64,000 bases of DNA from Phycisphaerae bacterium (GTDB lineage: Bacteria; Planctomycetota; Phycisphaerae; UBA1845), in assembly GCA_963666835.2 (NCBI GenBank), contig CAXXGO010000006.1, forward strand, positions 224,001 through 288,000, read 5' to 3'. This document shows positions 31,221 through 44,819 of this stretch, in pieces (the first letter of the stretch is position 1; the number at the start of each line of letters is the position of its first letter). Both the position numbers and the translations under genes were made by a program. The notes beneath the pieces were generated by a model, which saw only the letters and a list, made by a program, of their open reading frames with translations, ran no database searches and was not told where the DNA came from.

Positions 31221-32477
31221 CTAGGAACGGGGTGCGGGCAAGCGCGACTCCGAACCGTCCAACCGCCCCAGCAGGCGGCCGACTTCTACGACGTCCTTAT
31301 CGCCCCGGCCGGAGAGATTGACGACCATCGTTTGGTCAGGTGACATATCGCCGGCATTTTCAAGAGCGTAAGCCACCGCATGCGCGGTTTCCAAAGCCGG
31401 AATGATCCCTTCGATCTCGCTCAGCTTGGTAAACGCCGCCAGAGCCGCCCGGTCGTCCACCGACACATACCGAGCTCGCCCGGTCTTGTGCCAATGGGCG
31501 TGCTCGGGCCCGACTCCGGGATAGTCCAAGCCGGCCGAAACGGAATGGACCGGGAGCGTCTGCCCGTCGTCATCCTGCAGGACGAAGGTGTGCATGCCGT
31601 GGAGAATGCCCGGACGACCGACGCCGAGGGTCGCCGCGTGCCGGCCTTCGACCAACCCCTCCCCGGCCGCTTCTACCCCGATCAGCTCCACCGTGGCATC
31701 GTCGAGGAACCCGGTGAAGATACCGGCCGCGTTACTCCCGCCGCCGACGCAGGCGACGACTCGGTCCGGCAGCCGGCCGGCCGCTTCGAGCATCTGCGCC
31801 CGCGTCTCGCGCCCGACGATCGACTGGAAGTCCCGCACCATGCGGGGATACGGGTGAGGTCCCATAACACTGCCGATGGCATAGTGGGTGTGGTCGCTGG
31901 TGGCCATCCAATCTCGCAGCGTGGCGTTGATTGCGTCCTTCAACGTCCGTTGCCCGGTCTCTACCGGAACGACTTTCGCCCCGAGCAACTCCATGCGAAA
32001 CACGTTGAGCTTCTGGCGGCGGACGTCTTCGGCGCCCATGTAGACCGCGCATTCGAGCCCGCACGCCGCGGCGGCCGTAGCGGTCGCTACGCCGTGTTGC
32101 CCCGCTCCGGTCTCGGCGATAATCCGCCGCTTACCCATCCTCCGGGCGAGCAGCACTTGCCCGATCGTGTTGTTGATCTTGTGGGCTCCGGTGTGGTTGA
32201 GATCCTCTCGTTTGAAGTAGACCCGGGCACCGCCGAGCTGGTTCGAGAGCCGATCCGCCCGGTAGAGCGGGCTGGGCCGGCCGACGTAGTCGCGCAGCCA
32301 GCCGTGCAGTTCTTGCCAGAAAGACTCGTCCGAGCGGGCAACGGCGTAGGCGTCGGTCAGTTCCGTGACCGCCGGCATCAGGGTCTCGGGCACAAAACAG
32401 CCCCCGAAATCCCCGAACCGCCCCCGAGCATCGGGCCCCCAGCGGCTGTCGTCCGGCGGCATGATGTCGATATCCAT
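31221..32477 (-). CDS. trpB: Tryptophan synthase beta chain
   Basis: [58 protein letters not shown]. Confidence 0.97.
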   Translation of the reverse strand: MDIDIMPPDDSRWGPDARGRFGDFGGCFVPETLMPAVTELTDAYAVARSDESFWQELHGWLRDYVGRPSPLYRADRLSNQLGGARVYFKREDLNHTGAHKINNTIGQVLLARRMGKRRIIAETGAGQHGVATATAAAACGLECAVYMGAEDVRRQKLNVFRMELLGAKVVPVETGQRTLKDAINATLRDWMATSDHTHYAIGSVMGPHPYPRMVRDFQSIVGRETRAQMLEAAGRLPDRVVACVGGGSNAAGIFTGFLDDATVELIGVEAAGEGLVEGRHAATLGVGRPGILHGMHTFVLQDDDGQTLPVHSVSAGLDYPGVGPEHAHWHKTGRARYVSVDDRAALAAFTKLSEIEGIIPALETAHAVAYALENAGDMSPDQTMVVNLSGRGDKDVVEVGRLLGRLDGSESRLPAPRS

Positions 32478-32659
32478 GGCGATACTCCCTCGGTCCCGCG
32501 GCAACTTCGAGCCGGTCCTGCTTTCTACGTTTGGCGGATCATGGTAGCCCTGCTCCCGGTGAGCGTCCAAGCCTCCGCTGTGACCGGCGGGAGCGGGAGA
32601 TCTGCATCGTCCGCTAAGATCACGCATTCAACCCCAAATCGGAAAAAACTACTGGCCGG

Positions 32660-32696
32660 TTGACGCGAGGCCGATATATCCTAGTATCCGGATATA
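32660..32696 (+). promoter_or_regulatory. Sigma70-like promoter overlapped by a palindromic operator (SahR-like site)
   Basis: TTGACG-N16-TAGTAT; palindrome TATATCC-N8-GGATATA at 32675-32696. Confidence 0.6.
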
Positions 32697-32740
32697 CGGA
32701 TTCTCGGGCGCGGGTCGGGCTCGAATAGGTGGGCGTGCGG

Positions 32741-33679
32741 ATGAAGCCGGAGATAGTCTTCAAGGCCATGGCGGACGGAACGCGTCAGCGGGTGTTGATC
32801 GCGCTGAGCCGGCACGAGCTGAGCGTATCGGAGCTGGTGGAAGTGCTCCGGCAGCCTCAGTCGACGGTCTCGCGGCATCTAAAGACACTGCGGGAGGCCG
32901 GGCTGATTCGAGACCGGCGGGACGGCTCGACAGTGCTGTATGCGGTGGTCGAGCCGACAGTGGGGAACGGCGAGGATGCGCTGACGGCGATGATGCTGAG
33001 TTGGGTCGCTGAGCAACAGACGACGTCGGCTCTGGATCGCCGGTTGGAGGCGGTAATCCAGCGACGCAGCCAGATGAGCGACCGGTTCTTCCATGATCTC
33101 GGTCGGCACTGGGATACTCTGCGTGAGGAGAGTTTCGGGGCCGGCTTCCACCTCGAAGCTCCGCTGGCGCTGCTGCCGCCGGAGTGGGTGGTAGCCGATT
33201 TGGGAACCGGAACCGGTTACATGCTGCCGGCGTTGGCGAACCACTTCGCGAGGGTTATCGGAGTGGACCCGGTCGAGGCGATGTTGGAGGGAGCTCGGCA
33301 TAGGGTAGCGCTGGCCGGTCTTACGAACGTGGAATTGCACAACGGTGATCTTTCGGAGTTGCCGATTAGCGACGAGGCGGTGGATCTGGCGGTTGCGGTT
33401 CTAGTGTTGCATCACGTACCGGTTCTGCAACGGGCTCTGGTGGAGATTCACCGGATTGTCCGCCCCGGCGGCCGCGTGTTGATCGTCGAACAGTTCGCCC
33501 ACGAGCACGACAACTTTCGCGACCGGATGCAGGATCACTGGTTCGGCTTCGAGCCGGCCGCACTTACCGGTCAGATGGAATCGGCAGGATTCGACGACGT
33601 ACGATTGAGCCGCCTTGCCACGGTAGAGCGAGCGGCGGACGCCCCGGATCTGATGGTCGCCACGGGTACGAGCCGGTAG
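32741..33679 (+). CDS. sahR: ArsR-HTH + SAM-binding methyltransferase-fold regulator (SahR-like)
   Basis: [32 protein letters not shown] motif, directly upstream of ahcY. Confidence 0.8.
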   Translation: MKPEIVFKAMADGTRQRVLIALSRHELSVSELVEVLRQPQSTVSRHLKTLREAGLIRDRRDGSTVLYAVVEPTVGNGEDALTAMMLSWVAEQQTTSALDRRLEAVIQRRSQMSDRFFHDLGRHWDTLREESFGAGFHLEAPLALLPPEWVVADLGTGTGYMLPALANHFARVIGVDPVEAMLEGARHRVALAGLTNVELHNGDLSELPISDEAVDLAVAVLVLHHVPVLQRALVEIHRIVRPGGRVLIVEQFAHEHDNFRDRMQDHWFGFEPAALTGQMESAGFDDVRLSRLATVERAADAPDLMVATGTSR

Positions 33680-33740
33680 CGCGATCGGATTAGACCTTGA
33701 TAACGGGAACAACAGAGAGCTTGTTTTTCTGGAGATTACG

Positions 33741-35168
<1,428 letters not shown>

Positions 35169-35235
35169 CAACGGCGGGCTCGTGTGCCGCTGCTCCTGAG
35201 CGGAGCAGGGCCGCCGGTGTTGCAGTCAGTGCGCA

Positions 35236-35281
35236 TGAGAAAAGGGGGAGCCGAGCCCATCCGGCTCCCCCGTTCTCTTTT
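35236..35281 (+). terminator. Intrinsic terminator-like hairpin after ahcY
   Basis: GGGGGAGCCG-loop-CGGCTCCCCC followed by GTTCTCTTTT. Confidence 0.6.
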
Positions 35282-35363
35282 CGCTACCCCCTTGACGGAG
35301 GCTCGCTCATAGACGCCATTCCGTTGGCATACCCCGTAGAGCACGGTCGAGGCACGAGACCTG

Positions 35364-36033
35364 GAAAGCGCCGGGATAAACCGGCATGGAGTAGCGGATG
35401 AAAGAGCCGTACAGGAAAGGGTTAGCGTCCCATCCTGACCCCGAGTCATGCGCCGGGGGTCGCAAGGCCCCGGGCGAAGCGTTGACAGGGGCACAGGTGG
35501 GCCCGGCTATTGAGCTCCGAAAACGTGTACGTCTGCCGTGCCGACCCAGTCAGGTCACGGGGAAGGCCACATGAGCGGTGACGATAAGCGCGAGCCGTCG
35601 CTTGACGCCACGGAGTCGAAGACCCTGGGCACGCTTGGAAGCTCTATGCGCGAGAACCGGGAGGCCCCGAAGACTCCCTCGGCGGATAGCACCGGGGAAC
35701 GGTCGGAGAAGGGGGTTTGCCGAACGTCCGGCATGTACGTCTACGGGGAGTCGGACGATCTCATAGTACCAACGAAGCTGGCGAACAAAGCTGGGTAACC
35801 GGTGGCGGAGTCGGTGGAGGGAAGGGGATCGACCAAGGGCAACACCTTGCAGACTGCTGCGGGCCGGGCACAGCACCGGAAGCCCGGGCTCAGAACCGGG
35901 AAGCCCGCATCGATCGGGCTGGATGGTGTACGATCGACTGATCGTTATGACCCGAGGTAGGAGCCGTATGAGGTAATTCTTCACGTACGGATCTGTGCGG
36001 GGGGTGGCCCGAAAGGGCCATTCCTAGTGCGAC
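35364..36033 (+). mobile_element. ORF-less group II intron inserted in a REP
   Basis: DI-like motifs (CCCCGAGTCATGCG, GAAGCGTTGACAGGGG, ATTGAGC), Id3 loop with EBS1 CAGGTC at 35551-35556, GGGGAGTCGGAC/ATAGTACC DII-DIII region, DV GAGCCGTATGAGGTAATTCTTCACGTACGGATC, DVI, 3' GAC. No RT ORF. Confidence 0.93.
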
Positions 36034-36083
36034 CCGCAACGGCGCGTGGCGCAGCGCTTTGTAGTGAGTTGTGTTCCACAGCG

Positions 36084-36653
36084 CTAAAGCGATGGGCCAC
36101 CCGGCGTCCGCGGGACGCAGAACAGCCCTAAAGCCACGACCAGAAGCCCTACGGACATGCACATGACAACCGGACGGGTCTCGCGATCGCAGAAGACGCG
36201 GTCGTAATCGTAGGCCGGCAGATGACTCGCAAAATTGGTGACCAGCGGCGGCGGAGCCGCCGGTTGGGGTATAAACGGCTCCGCAGAGTGCTCATCGAAG
36301 GCTACTAATGAAACCGGGGCGTAATCGGCGGCGGCAGCCACGCGGACCGTGCGATCGCCGATCCGGCGGAATCGCAGATCGCGTTGGGCCAAGCGGTCGA
36401 TGACGGCCGGGTCGGTCCGCATCGCCTCCAACTGCCGCCGCTCCCGGTCCACCGCTCGCTGCACTTGTTGCAACCGATGTTCCTCCGCCTGACGGGCCAG
36501 GTCGAGCGTCTGATAGGCCCGCCATTCCGGGAGGATCACGCACGGGGTAAACGTACCGAAGGCCAGCAGCACAAGAAGCCAGAAGACAACCGTCCCCCCG
36601 TGACGAGGCGGATGGTGCGCCGGCGGCGGTGACCCGAAGTTCGCCTCAGTCAT
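36084..36653 (-). CDS. FtsB/DivIC-like septum-formation-initiator protein with extra C-terminal TM
   Basis: N-terminal TM, coiled coil, 'MRTDPAVIDRLAQRDLRFRRIGD' motif; immediately downstream of eno. Confidence 0.65.
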   Translation of the reverse strand: MTEANFGSPPPAHHPPRHGGTVVFWLLVLLAFGTFTPCVILPEWRAYQTLDLARQAEEHRLQQVQRAVDRERRQLEAMRTDPAVIDRLAQRDLRFRRIGDRTVRVAAAADYAPVSLVAFDEHSAEPFIPQPAAPPPLVTNFASHLPAYDYDRVFCDRETRPVVMCMSVGLLVVALGLFCVPRTPGGPSL

Positions 36654-36656
36654 TGA

Positions 36657-38630
<1,974 letters not shown>

Positions 38631-38682
38631 TCCTTGTGACTCTCGCGCGTCCGCCCGGGCGGGCAGACGCCTTGGGCTCGGG

Positions 38683-40245
38683 CTACGTCCGGAAGGCGTC
38701 CACCGCGGGAAGCGATTCTGCCAGCTTTTTCAGAGCGGTCTTGCGACAAAGGGCCACGAAGAACTCCCGCGATCGGGCGATACCGTTCCAGCGAATATCT
38801 TCGACAGCTTGATCCACGGCCGCTTGCCGTTGGGCGACGGCCTCGGGGCAAGCCGCCAAGATCGCCGCACTAATGTCGCGAATCTCCTGAAAGACGGCCG
38901 CCCGCGCCCGGTGGTTCCGCGGGTAGTTATCCCGGAGTCTGTTTGCCCGGTTCACGGCATCGGTGCGCTGTTCGATCAGCGGAAGCAGGTCCGGGCGGAG
39001 CCCGACATTGCGTTGCGGGTTGTGCTGCAAATCGCGCAACGCCTGGCGGGTGGTTCGTAACGTCTCTGCGGTGGCGGGCCGGGTCGGCAGATCCAACCCC
39101 AACGTTGCGGTCACGCACCCTACCTGCGGCGGGGTCAGGCCGTAGTAGTCTCTAATGATCGCGTCCGTGATCCGGTCGTATTTCGCCCCTCCGATGCCGT
39201 GGATGAACAGATCCGCCACCAGCAGCCGAGCCCAGAGCGTGAGAGTAAGGGCTCGCGGACGCAGCCGCCATCCGCCGAAGGGCTCCGGGGGCCAGGCAGG
39301 CTCCGCCGTGCCCATCGCGGGAAGAGCACCGAGGCGAGTGTCATTTGCAAGTAGCTGCACTTCGCCGCCGCAGGTCCGGGCGAAGAGCCGGGTGCGGCGT
39401 GAACTTGCTCGCTGCGCCCACACCGGTACCTCCCACCAATCCCCGTTCTGTTTGAGGTCGGGAATCGGGCGGTTCGTCCCGCGCACTCGGTTCGCCCGGC
39501 GGTAATCAGCCAGCGCCTTGTTATAACTAGCCGCGAACCGCGGAGCGTTACACAGGAGATCGACCAGCAGCGGTCCGCCCCAATACTCGCTGACCCGCCG
39601 GTCCGTAAGGGTCACTCCGCATAGCGCATCAAGACCTTTGCGGCCCGCGATTATCTGATCGACCCAATCACGCACATTTGCTGCCCCGCGCAGAGCGCTC
39701 ATGAAGTCCGGCATCGCAGACTCGGCGTACCGCTTTCCAAGAGCAGAGATCACTTCCTGCTCGAAACGGTTGAGGTCTTCGACCCCGGCACGAGGAACCT
39801 GTTCGAACGTGTGCCCGGCCGGGAGGTCGGTGAATCGCACCTGCTCCGTAGTGAGGCGCTCGTTACGTATCGCCGGCACTGAGATGGTCGTTTGCCGGAG
39901 AGTATCGTTGTCGACGACGACGTTGATTCCGATTCCCTCGACAGCCTGCGCCAGCCGTCCGGCCACGATGCCCTTGGCCCAGGCCCCGGCGTGCATGAAC
40001 TCCGGCTGGTGCCCGGTGACGACAATGAGCTTGTCATCCGTACCGGCGAGGGCGTTGCGAGCAGAGCGACGGCAATCCGCAAGGGCGACGCCGGCGAGAC
40101 AGATGGGAGCATGCCGCAAGGCCGCGGCGTTCGCCTGCGCGATCCGGCCCCACAGCGCCGGATCGGGCGCGACCAGTACGTCCCCGTGCCTTGCAGGCGC
40201 CTGCAGCGAGGCATAATCAATCGTCGTTGGGCTGGTCACGTGCAA
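38683..40245 (-). CDS. Conserved hypothetical, possibly BshC-like ligase fold
   Basis: IVVTGHQP near the N-terminus, LRPRAL, FIHGIGGAKYD, coiled-coil region; coupled to the GT2 gene. Confidence 0.6.
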   Translation of the reverse strand: MHVTSPTTIDYASLQAPARHGDVLVAPDPALWGRIAQANAAALRHAPICLAGVALADCRRSARNALAGTDDKLIVVTGHQPEFMHAGAWAKGIVAGRLAQAVEGIGINVVVDNDTLRQTTISVPAIRNERLTTEQVRFTDLPAGHTFEQVPRAGVEDLNRFEQEVISALGKRYAESAMPDFMSALRGAANVRDWVDQIIAGRKGLDALCGVTLTDRRVSEYWGGPLLVDLLCNAPRFAASYNKALADYRRANRVRGTNRPIPDLKQNGDWWEVPVWAQRASSRRTRLFARTCGGEVQLLANDTRLGALPAMGTAEPAWPPEPFGGWRLRPRALTLTLWARLLVADLFIHGIGGAKYDRITDAIIRDYYGLTPPQVGCVTATLGLDLPTRPATAETLRTTRQALRDLQHNPQRNVGLRPDLLPLIEQRTDAVNRANRLRDNYPRNHRARAAVFQEIRDISAAILAACPEAVAQRQAAVDQAVEDIRWNGIARSREFFVALCRKTALKKLAESLPAVDAFRT

Positions 40246-40982
40246 AGCAGGCCGTGTTCTTGCGGAAAGTCGGACCGGGAGTCGCTTCTATCCAGCTCGG
40301 CCGTCAGCGCCGAAAGGTAGTATTCCAGCCTCGTCACGGGATCATCCAGCCCGCCCCCAAAGAAGCGGCAGGGGTTGTTGTAGATCAGCCGAACCGGCAG
40401 TTCCCGAACTCGCAACCCGGCTCGGGCAATCTGCACCCACATTTGAATCGGCGCGGCGTACCCCGGCTCGGTGATCGCCAAGCGCGCGAGCGAGGCCACC
40501 CGATAGGCTTTGAATCCACAAAACGCGTCGGTTATTCCCAGCCCGAGGCGCGCGTTAATGATCCCGGTTATCCGACGATTGATTTCGCGTCGGTCGGTCG
40601 GAGCCGCCTGGCCTGCATCGTAGCCGGCGGGGTAGCGCGTCCCGCTGACCACATCGGCCTTGTCCTGCCGGGCTACGGCGAGAAACCGCGGAATGTCCGC
40701 GGGCTCATGTTGTCCGTCACCGTCCATGACGATCAACCACTCGTAGGTCCGGGCTGTGGCATACTCGATAGCGTCCGCCAGACTCCGCCCGTATCCGAGG
40801 TTCTCCGAATGCGTGAGAACTTGCACATCGCCGCACCGGCTCAGGACCTGCGGCGTATCGTCGGTCGACCCGTCGTCGACGACGAGAACATCCGCGCAAA
40901 AGCGGCGGGCCTCGGTCAGGACCGTAGCGATGGTCTGTCCCTCGTTCAGGGCTGGAATCGCCAACAGGCAGCTATTCGGCAT
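40236..40982 (-). CDS. Family 2 glycosyltransferase (DPM1-like)
   Basis: IPALNE, VVDDGSTD, NLGYG, MDGDGQH, DAFCGFKAY. Confidence 0.92.
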   Translation of the reverse strand: MPNSCLLAIPALNEGQTIATVLTEARRFCADVLVVDDGSTDDTPQVLSRCGDVQVLTHSENLGYGRSLADAIEYATARTYEWLIVMDGDGQHEPADIPRFLAVARQDKADVVSGTRYPAGYDAGQAAPTDRREINRRITGIINARLGLGITDAFCGFKAYRVASLARLAITEPGYAAPIQMWVQIARAGLRVRELPVRLIYNNPCRFFGGGLDDPVTRLEYYLSALTAELDRSDSRSDFPQEHGLLCT

Positions 40983-41217
40983 CCGGCTGAGTTCCTCGCG
41001 ATAATCCCCGTTTGACTGGTCAGGCACGCCGGGGGATCGTAGACTCAGACCCGGAAAAATCAAACCGCCGCCCTTGGAAGGGGCGGTGGAGGACGTCGGA
41101 GCCTTGCTTACCGATCAACCGCCGGCGCCTTGAGGGAATCCGCGCCGGTGTGCTACGCTGGGTAGAACTTGAAAGCGTGGATCCGAACAGCCGAACACGG
41201 AACTTCTAATAACCCGT

Positions 41218-42258
41218 ATGTATCGAACGTCGCCGGAAACTACCGTTGCCACAAGATCAAAGCCAATGGGCCGAGTCGCCTTTCTGGCCGCTGCGATGGC
41301 CTGCGCCGGACTCGGCTGCGTGCCGCTCGGGACATACCGGGCTCGACAGTATGTCTCCTACGGCGAGGCTTACCTGGCCGAACAGAACCTGGAAGCTGCC
41401 CTGGCCGAGTTTCAGGCCGCGGCCCAGGTCGACCCGCAGATGGCCGAAGCCCATTCGAAGATGGGCGACATCTATCAGCGGATGGGCGAATACGACCGGG
41501 CGATAGACTGTTTCATCGAGGCCATCCGGCGCAACCCGTTCTCTTTCGCCGACACGTTCAACTTAGCACAGTTGTACCACTTCACCAAGCAGATCAAGGA
41601 CGCTATCCAGGCGTACCTGCACGCCGTCCAACTCCAGCCCGACCACTTCGACGCTCAACTGAATCTGGGCACGTGCTATCAACAGACCGGAGACTACGCT
41701 CAAGCCGTCGAACGGTTCGAGAAGGCTATTGCGATTGACCCGAACCGCTCTCACGCGTACGTCAACCTCGGTGTCGCTCTGGACGCTCAGGGCAAGTACT
41801 ACGAGGCAATTAAGGCTTATAAGGAATCCCTCGAGCGTGATAGCCGCCAGCCGTTGGTGCTGGTCAACCTCGCTCATACGTATATGAACCAGGATCGGCT
41901 GAAGATGGCCCGGCAGTCGCTGGACCAGGCTATCCGCATGGATTCGCAACTGGCCGCGGCCCATGAGGCGTTGGGATACTGTCTGTTCAGATTGCGGGAG
42001 TTCGACGCCGGTGCGGCGGCGTATCGCCAAGCGCTGGCCTGCAACTGGCGGCTGCCTCGCGCCCACGCCGGTTTGGGCTCGATCAGCATGCTCCAGTATC
42101 TTGAAGACAAGACGAACCCGAGGCTGCGAGACCAAGCCTTGGAGCATTGGCACCAATCCCTGGAGCTGGACCCCGACCAACCGCGCATCCGGAAGCTGCT
42201 CGCCCGCTACCGACCTCAACGCCGCGATCCCGAGTCCGCTCTGCTCAAGCAGCAGTAG
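41218..42258 (+). CDS. TPR-repeat lipoprotein
   Basis: Lipobox-like GLGC after a hydrophobic stretch; multiple 34-aa TPRs. Confidence 0.88.
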   Translation: MYRTSPETTVATRSKPMGRVAFLAAAMACAGLGCVPLGTYRARQYVSYGEAYLAEQNLEAALAEFQAAAQVDPQMAEAHSKMGDIYQRMGEYDRAIDCFIEAIRRNPFSFADTFNLAQLYHFTKQIKDAIQAYLHAVQLQPDHFDAQLNLGTCYQQTGDYAQAVERFEKAIAIDPNRSHAYVNLGVALDAQGKYYEAIKAYKESLERDSRQPLVLVNLAHTYMNQDRLKMARQSLDQAIRMDSQLAAAHEALGYCLFRLREFDAGAAAYRQALACNWRLPRAHAGLGSISMLQYLEDKTNPRLRDQALEHWHQSLELDPDQPRIRKLLARYRPQRRDPESALLKQQ

Positions 42259-42579
42259 CGCAGGCATTCTGCCTGCAGCGCGTAGGGCACGGTCAAGGGA
42301 CGAGACCTGTCATGATGGCTCTTGGTCGGGTGGCGAGTGTGCCCCTGGTCCAGAGCAGTGTGCCGGGCGGCCCGGATCCTCTTGGATTCGACGCGTCTTG
42401 CGGCCCAGCGAGGAAGAAACGCCGTTACTTTGTTGAAAACCGCGTGGCGGTTCCCATACAATCGGGGAGGGACATCCGGGGCGTTCGCTCGATGCGGTAC
42501 GCCGGTTGGCAGCAATATGATCGCTGTCGACAAGCCGTACTCGAGCGCCACCGGGCCGCCCCGAATACGGAGACCGCAC

Positions 42580-44397
42580 GTGAAGACCCCGAAACCAGCC
42601 AAAGTGCTTGCCGAGCCGGCGGCCGTGTTGCTCTTCCTTGTTTTCGGATTCCCACCCGTATCCTCGACCGCATACGGCGGCGAACCTCAGCCCGGCTCGG
42701 ATCCTCTCGCCGCCCCGGCATTGCCGGGGGAGGTGGCGGACAGTCCCTGGCCGACGTTCCGCCATGATCTGCGGAATACGGGGTATACCCCCTACACGGG
42801 GCCGGCTACGCCTGACGTCGCCTGGATTTTCTCCGCCTCCGGCGAGATTCTCGCCTCTCCAACTCTGGGCCGCGACGGGACGATCTACATAGGCACTCGT
42901 GGGCGTTTCTCCGGAGGCAACCAGGGCGATTTCTATGCCCTACGTCCTGACGGCACCGTCCGCTGGACGTATCCGGTGACGTCAGGGTTCTTCGCTTCGG
43001 CCGCCCTGGGGCCGGGAAATATCATCTACGTGGTCTCTCTCGATGGAAATCTCCATGCCCTTGCGGATCACGGTACTCATGCGGAAGTACAATGGGTGAC
43101 CCAACTCGACGTCGCATACAGCTCCCCTGCAGTTGCCTCAGACGGTACGATCTATGTAGGTGGTCTGGCTTTTGCATTCTATGCTATAGACCCGACTGAT
43201 GGATCCATCAAATGGGATTGGACGACGGGCTGGTGCATTTTTTCCTCCGCGGCCATTAGCGATGACGGGATCGTGTATGTCGGTTCCAAGGACCAACAGC
43301 TTTATGCCCTGGATCCAGCTTTGGAGGCAGCCGTTTGGCAGTTTGCGGCCGGCGATTTTTATGACGGACATATGGTCGATTCGTCCCCCGCGGTCGGTGC
43401 CGACGGTACGATCTACTTCGGCACGGACCCGTATGGCTCTTGCTGCCATACCCCCGTGGCGGTCGATACCAGCTTCTGGGCGGTAAACCCAGATGGCAGC
43501 CTGAAGTGGTCTTTCGATACCGGTGACGGAGTGGAGTCATCTCCTGCAATCGGCCCCGACGGCACCGTATATTTCGGATCCTATGATCACCATCTGTACG
43601 CCGTTGCGGACACCGGTTCCGCGGGCGTCCTGCAATGGAAGTTCCCTACCGGTGGCACGGTCGACGGGTCTCCAACCGTAGATCGCGACGGCGTGGTGTA
43701 CTTTGGCTCCCGTGATTCGAACATATACGCCCTTCATGCTGACGGGACAGTGAAGTGGAGTTTTCCGACAAGCGGGGACATCGAGAGTTCGCCGACCATC
43801 GATCACAACGGGTATCTGTATATCGGAGGCTTTGACGGCAACCTCTATGTTCTGGGCACGGGCGCCCCGGACGTCGGGGTGGTTTCTATAGACCTGCCCG
43901 ACGAAGTGGTGGCCGGAGCAGCCTATTCACCCAGGGCCACAGTGGGGAATTTCCGGGCGGCGGACCAGCAGGTAGACGTTGCCTGCAGCATCACGACAGA
44001 TGGTATGGCCGTATATAGCGATACAACCACTCTCATACTTAGCGGAGGAAGTGATGAGCAGTACACCTTCGCCCCCTGGGCAGTTGAACTGGAGTTAGGC
44101 ACGGCGTACGTAGTGGCGGTGACGACTTCTCTGGCTGAGGATGAGAACGTCGGTAACAACTCACGCGTCGTACAAACGCTCAGCTACGGCGGGCAATGTG
44201 GAGACGGGATCGTAAGTGTGGGGGAGGAGTGCGACGACGGCAACCGCGTCCCGGGCGACGGGTGTGACGCTGATTGCCTGATCGAGGTGGAGGGAATCCC
44301 CACGGTCTCCGGCTGGCACGTGATAATCCTAGCCCTGCTCCTGGCCGCCGCGGGCAAAACCCGGCTCGGACTGAATCGGCGTAGACGAGCAGCCTGA
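42580..44397 (+). CDS. Secreted PQQ/BamB-like beta-propeller protein with Cys-rich repeat and IPTL-CTERM sorting signal
   Basis: Repeated SSPAIxxDGTVYFGS, Ig-like domain, CGDGIVSVGEECDDGN, IPTVSGW+TM+RRRR. GTG start follows GGAG. Confidence 0.85.
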   Translation: MKTPKPAKVLAEPAAVLLFLVFGFPPVSSTAYGGEPQPGSDPLAAPALPGEVADSPWPTFRHDLRNTGYTPYTGPATPDVAWIFSASGEILASPTLGRDGTIYIGTRGRFSGGNQGDFYALRPDGTVRWTYPVTSGFFASAALGPGNIIYVVSLDGNLHALADHGTHAEVQWVTQLDVAYSSPAVASDGTIYVGGLAFAFYAIDPTDGSIKWDWTTGWCIFSSAAISDDGIVYVGSKDQQLYALDPALEAAVWQFAAGDFYDGHMVDSSPAVGADGTIYFGTDPYGSCCHTPVAVDTSFWAVNPDGSLKWSFDTGDGVESSPAIGPDGTVYFGSYDHHLYAVADTGSAGVLQWKFPTGGTVDGSPTVDRDGVVYFGSRDSNIYALHADGTVKWSFPTSGDIESSPTIDHNGYLYIGGFDGNLYVLGTGAPDVGVVSIDLPDEVVAGAAYSPRATVGNFRAADQQVDVACSITTDGMAVYSDTTTLILSGGSDEQYTFAPWAVELELGTAYVVAVTTSLAEDENVGNNSRVVQTLSYGGQCGDGIVSVGEECDDGNRVPGDGCDADCLIEVEGIPTVSGWHVIILALLLAAAGKTRLGLNRRRRAA

Positions 44398-44819
44398 TAA
44401 CCTGAGCCGCGGGCACTGGCCGTGGCACGCGGAAGGAGCTTACGCGTCGCTACGCGTACGTAGGGCAATCGTAACGGACCGAGGCGCGAGACCTGCCGCC
44501 GAGGGCGGCATGGGCAAGCGTCGCCGATTCGCGCGGCGAAGTACCGTTCGTTACTTAATTCCGCGTTAGGGTTATGGACCGTTCCAGCTTGCCCGGGGAT
44601 GCCCGCGCCGCATCGCGCACCACGGGTCAACAGGTTGACCCAGGCCACCCAATTGGCACTTTTGTAGAGCACGGTTGGGGGGCGAGCCCCCCCGTGGTCT
44701 TTGCGTGATGCAGGCATTGCGGCAGGTCTCGTTCCTCGACCGTGCCCTACGGGGCTTCGCGCGGTGGTCGGCGTTGCGGCAGGGTCTCGTGCCTCGGCCC
44801 GGCGTTACTTGGCTTGGCG

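Noticed and set aside
32480..33740. SAM/SAH riboswitch upstream of sahR-ahcY
   Set aside because: No recognisable aptamer consensus; the leaders are short and a protein operator explains the region.
35538..36162. Short ORFs as the intron-encoded RT
   Set aside because: No RT motifs (no YADD); they are translations of ribozyme sequence.
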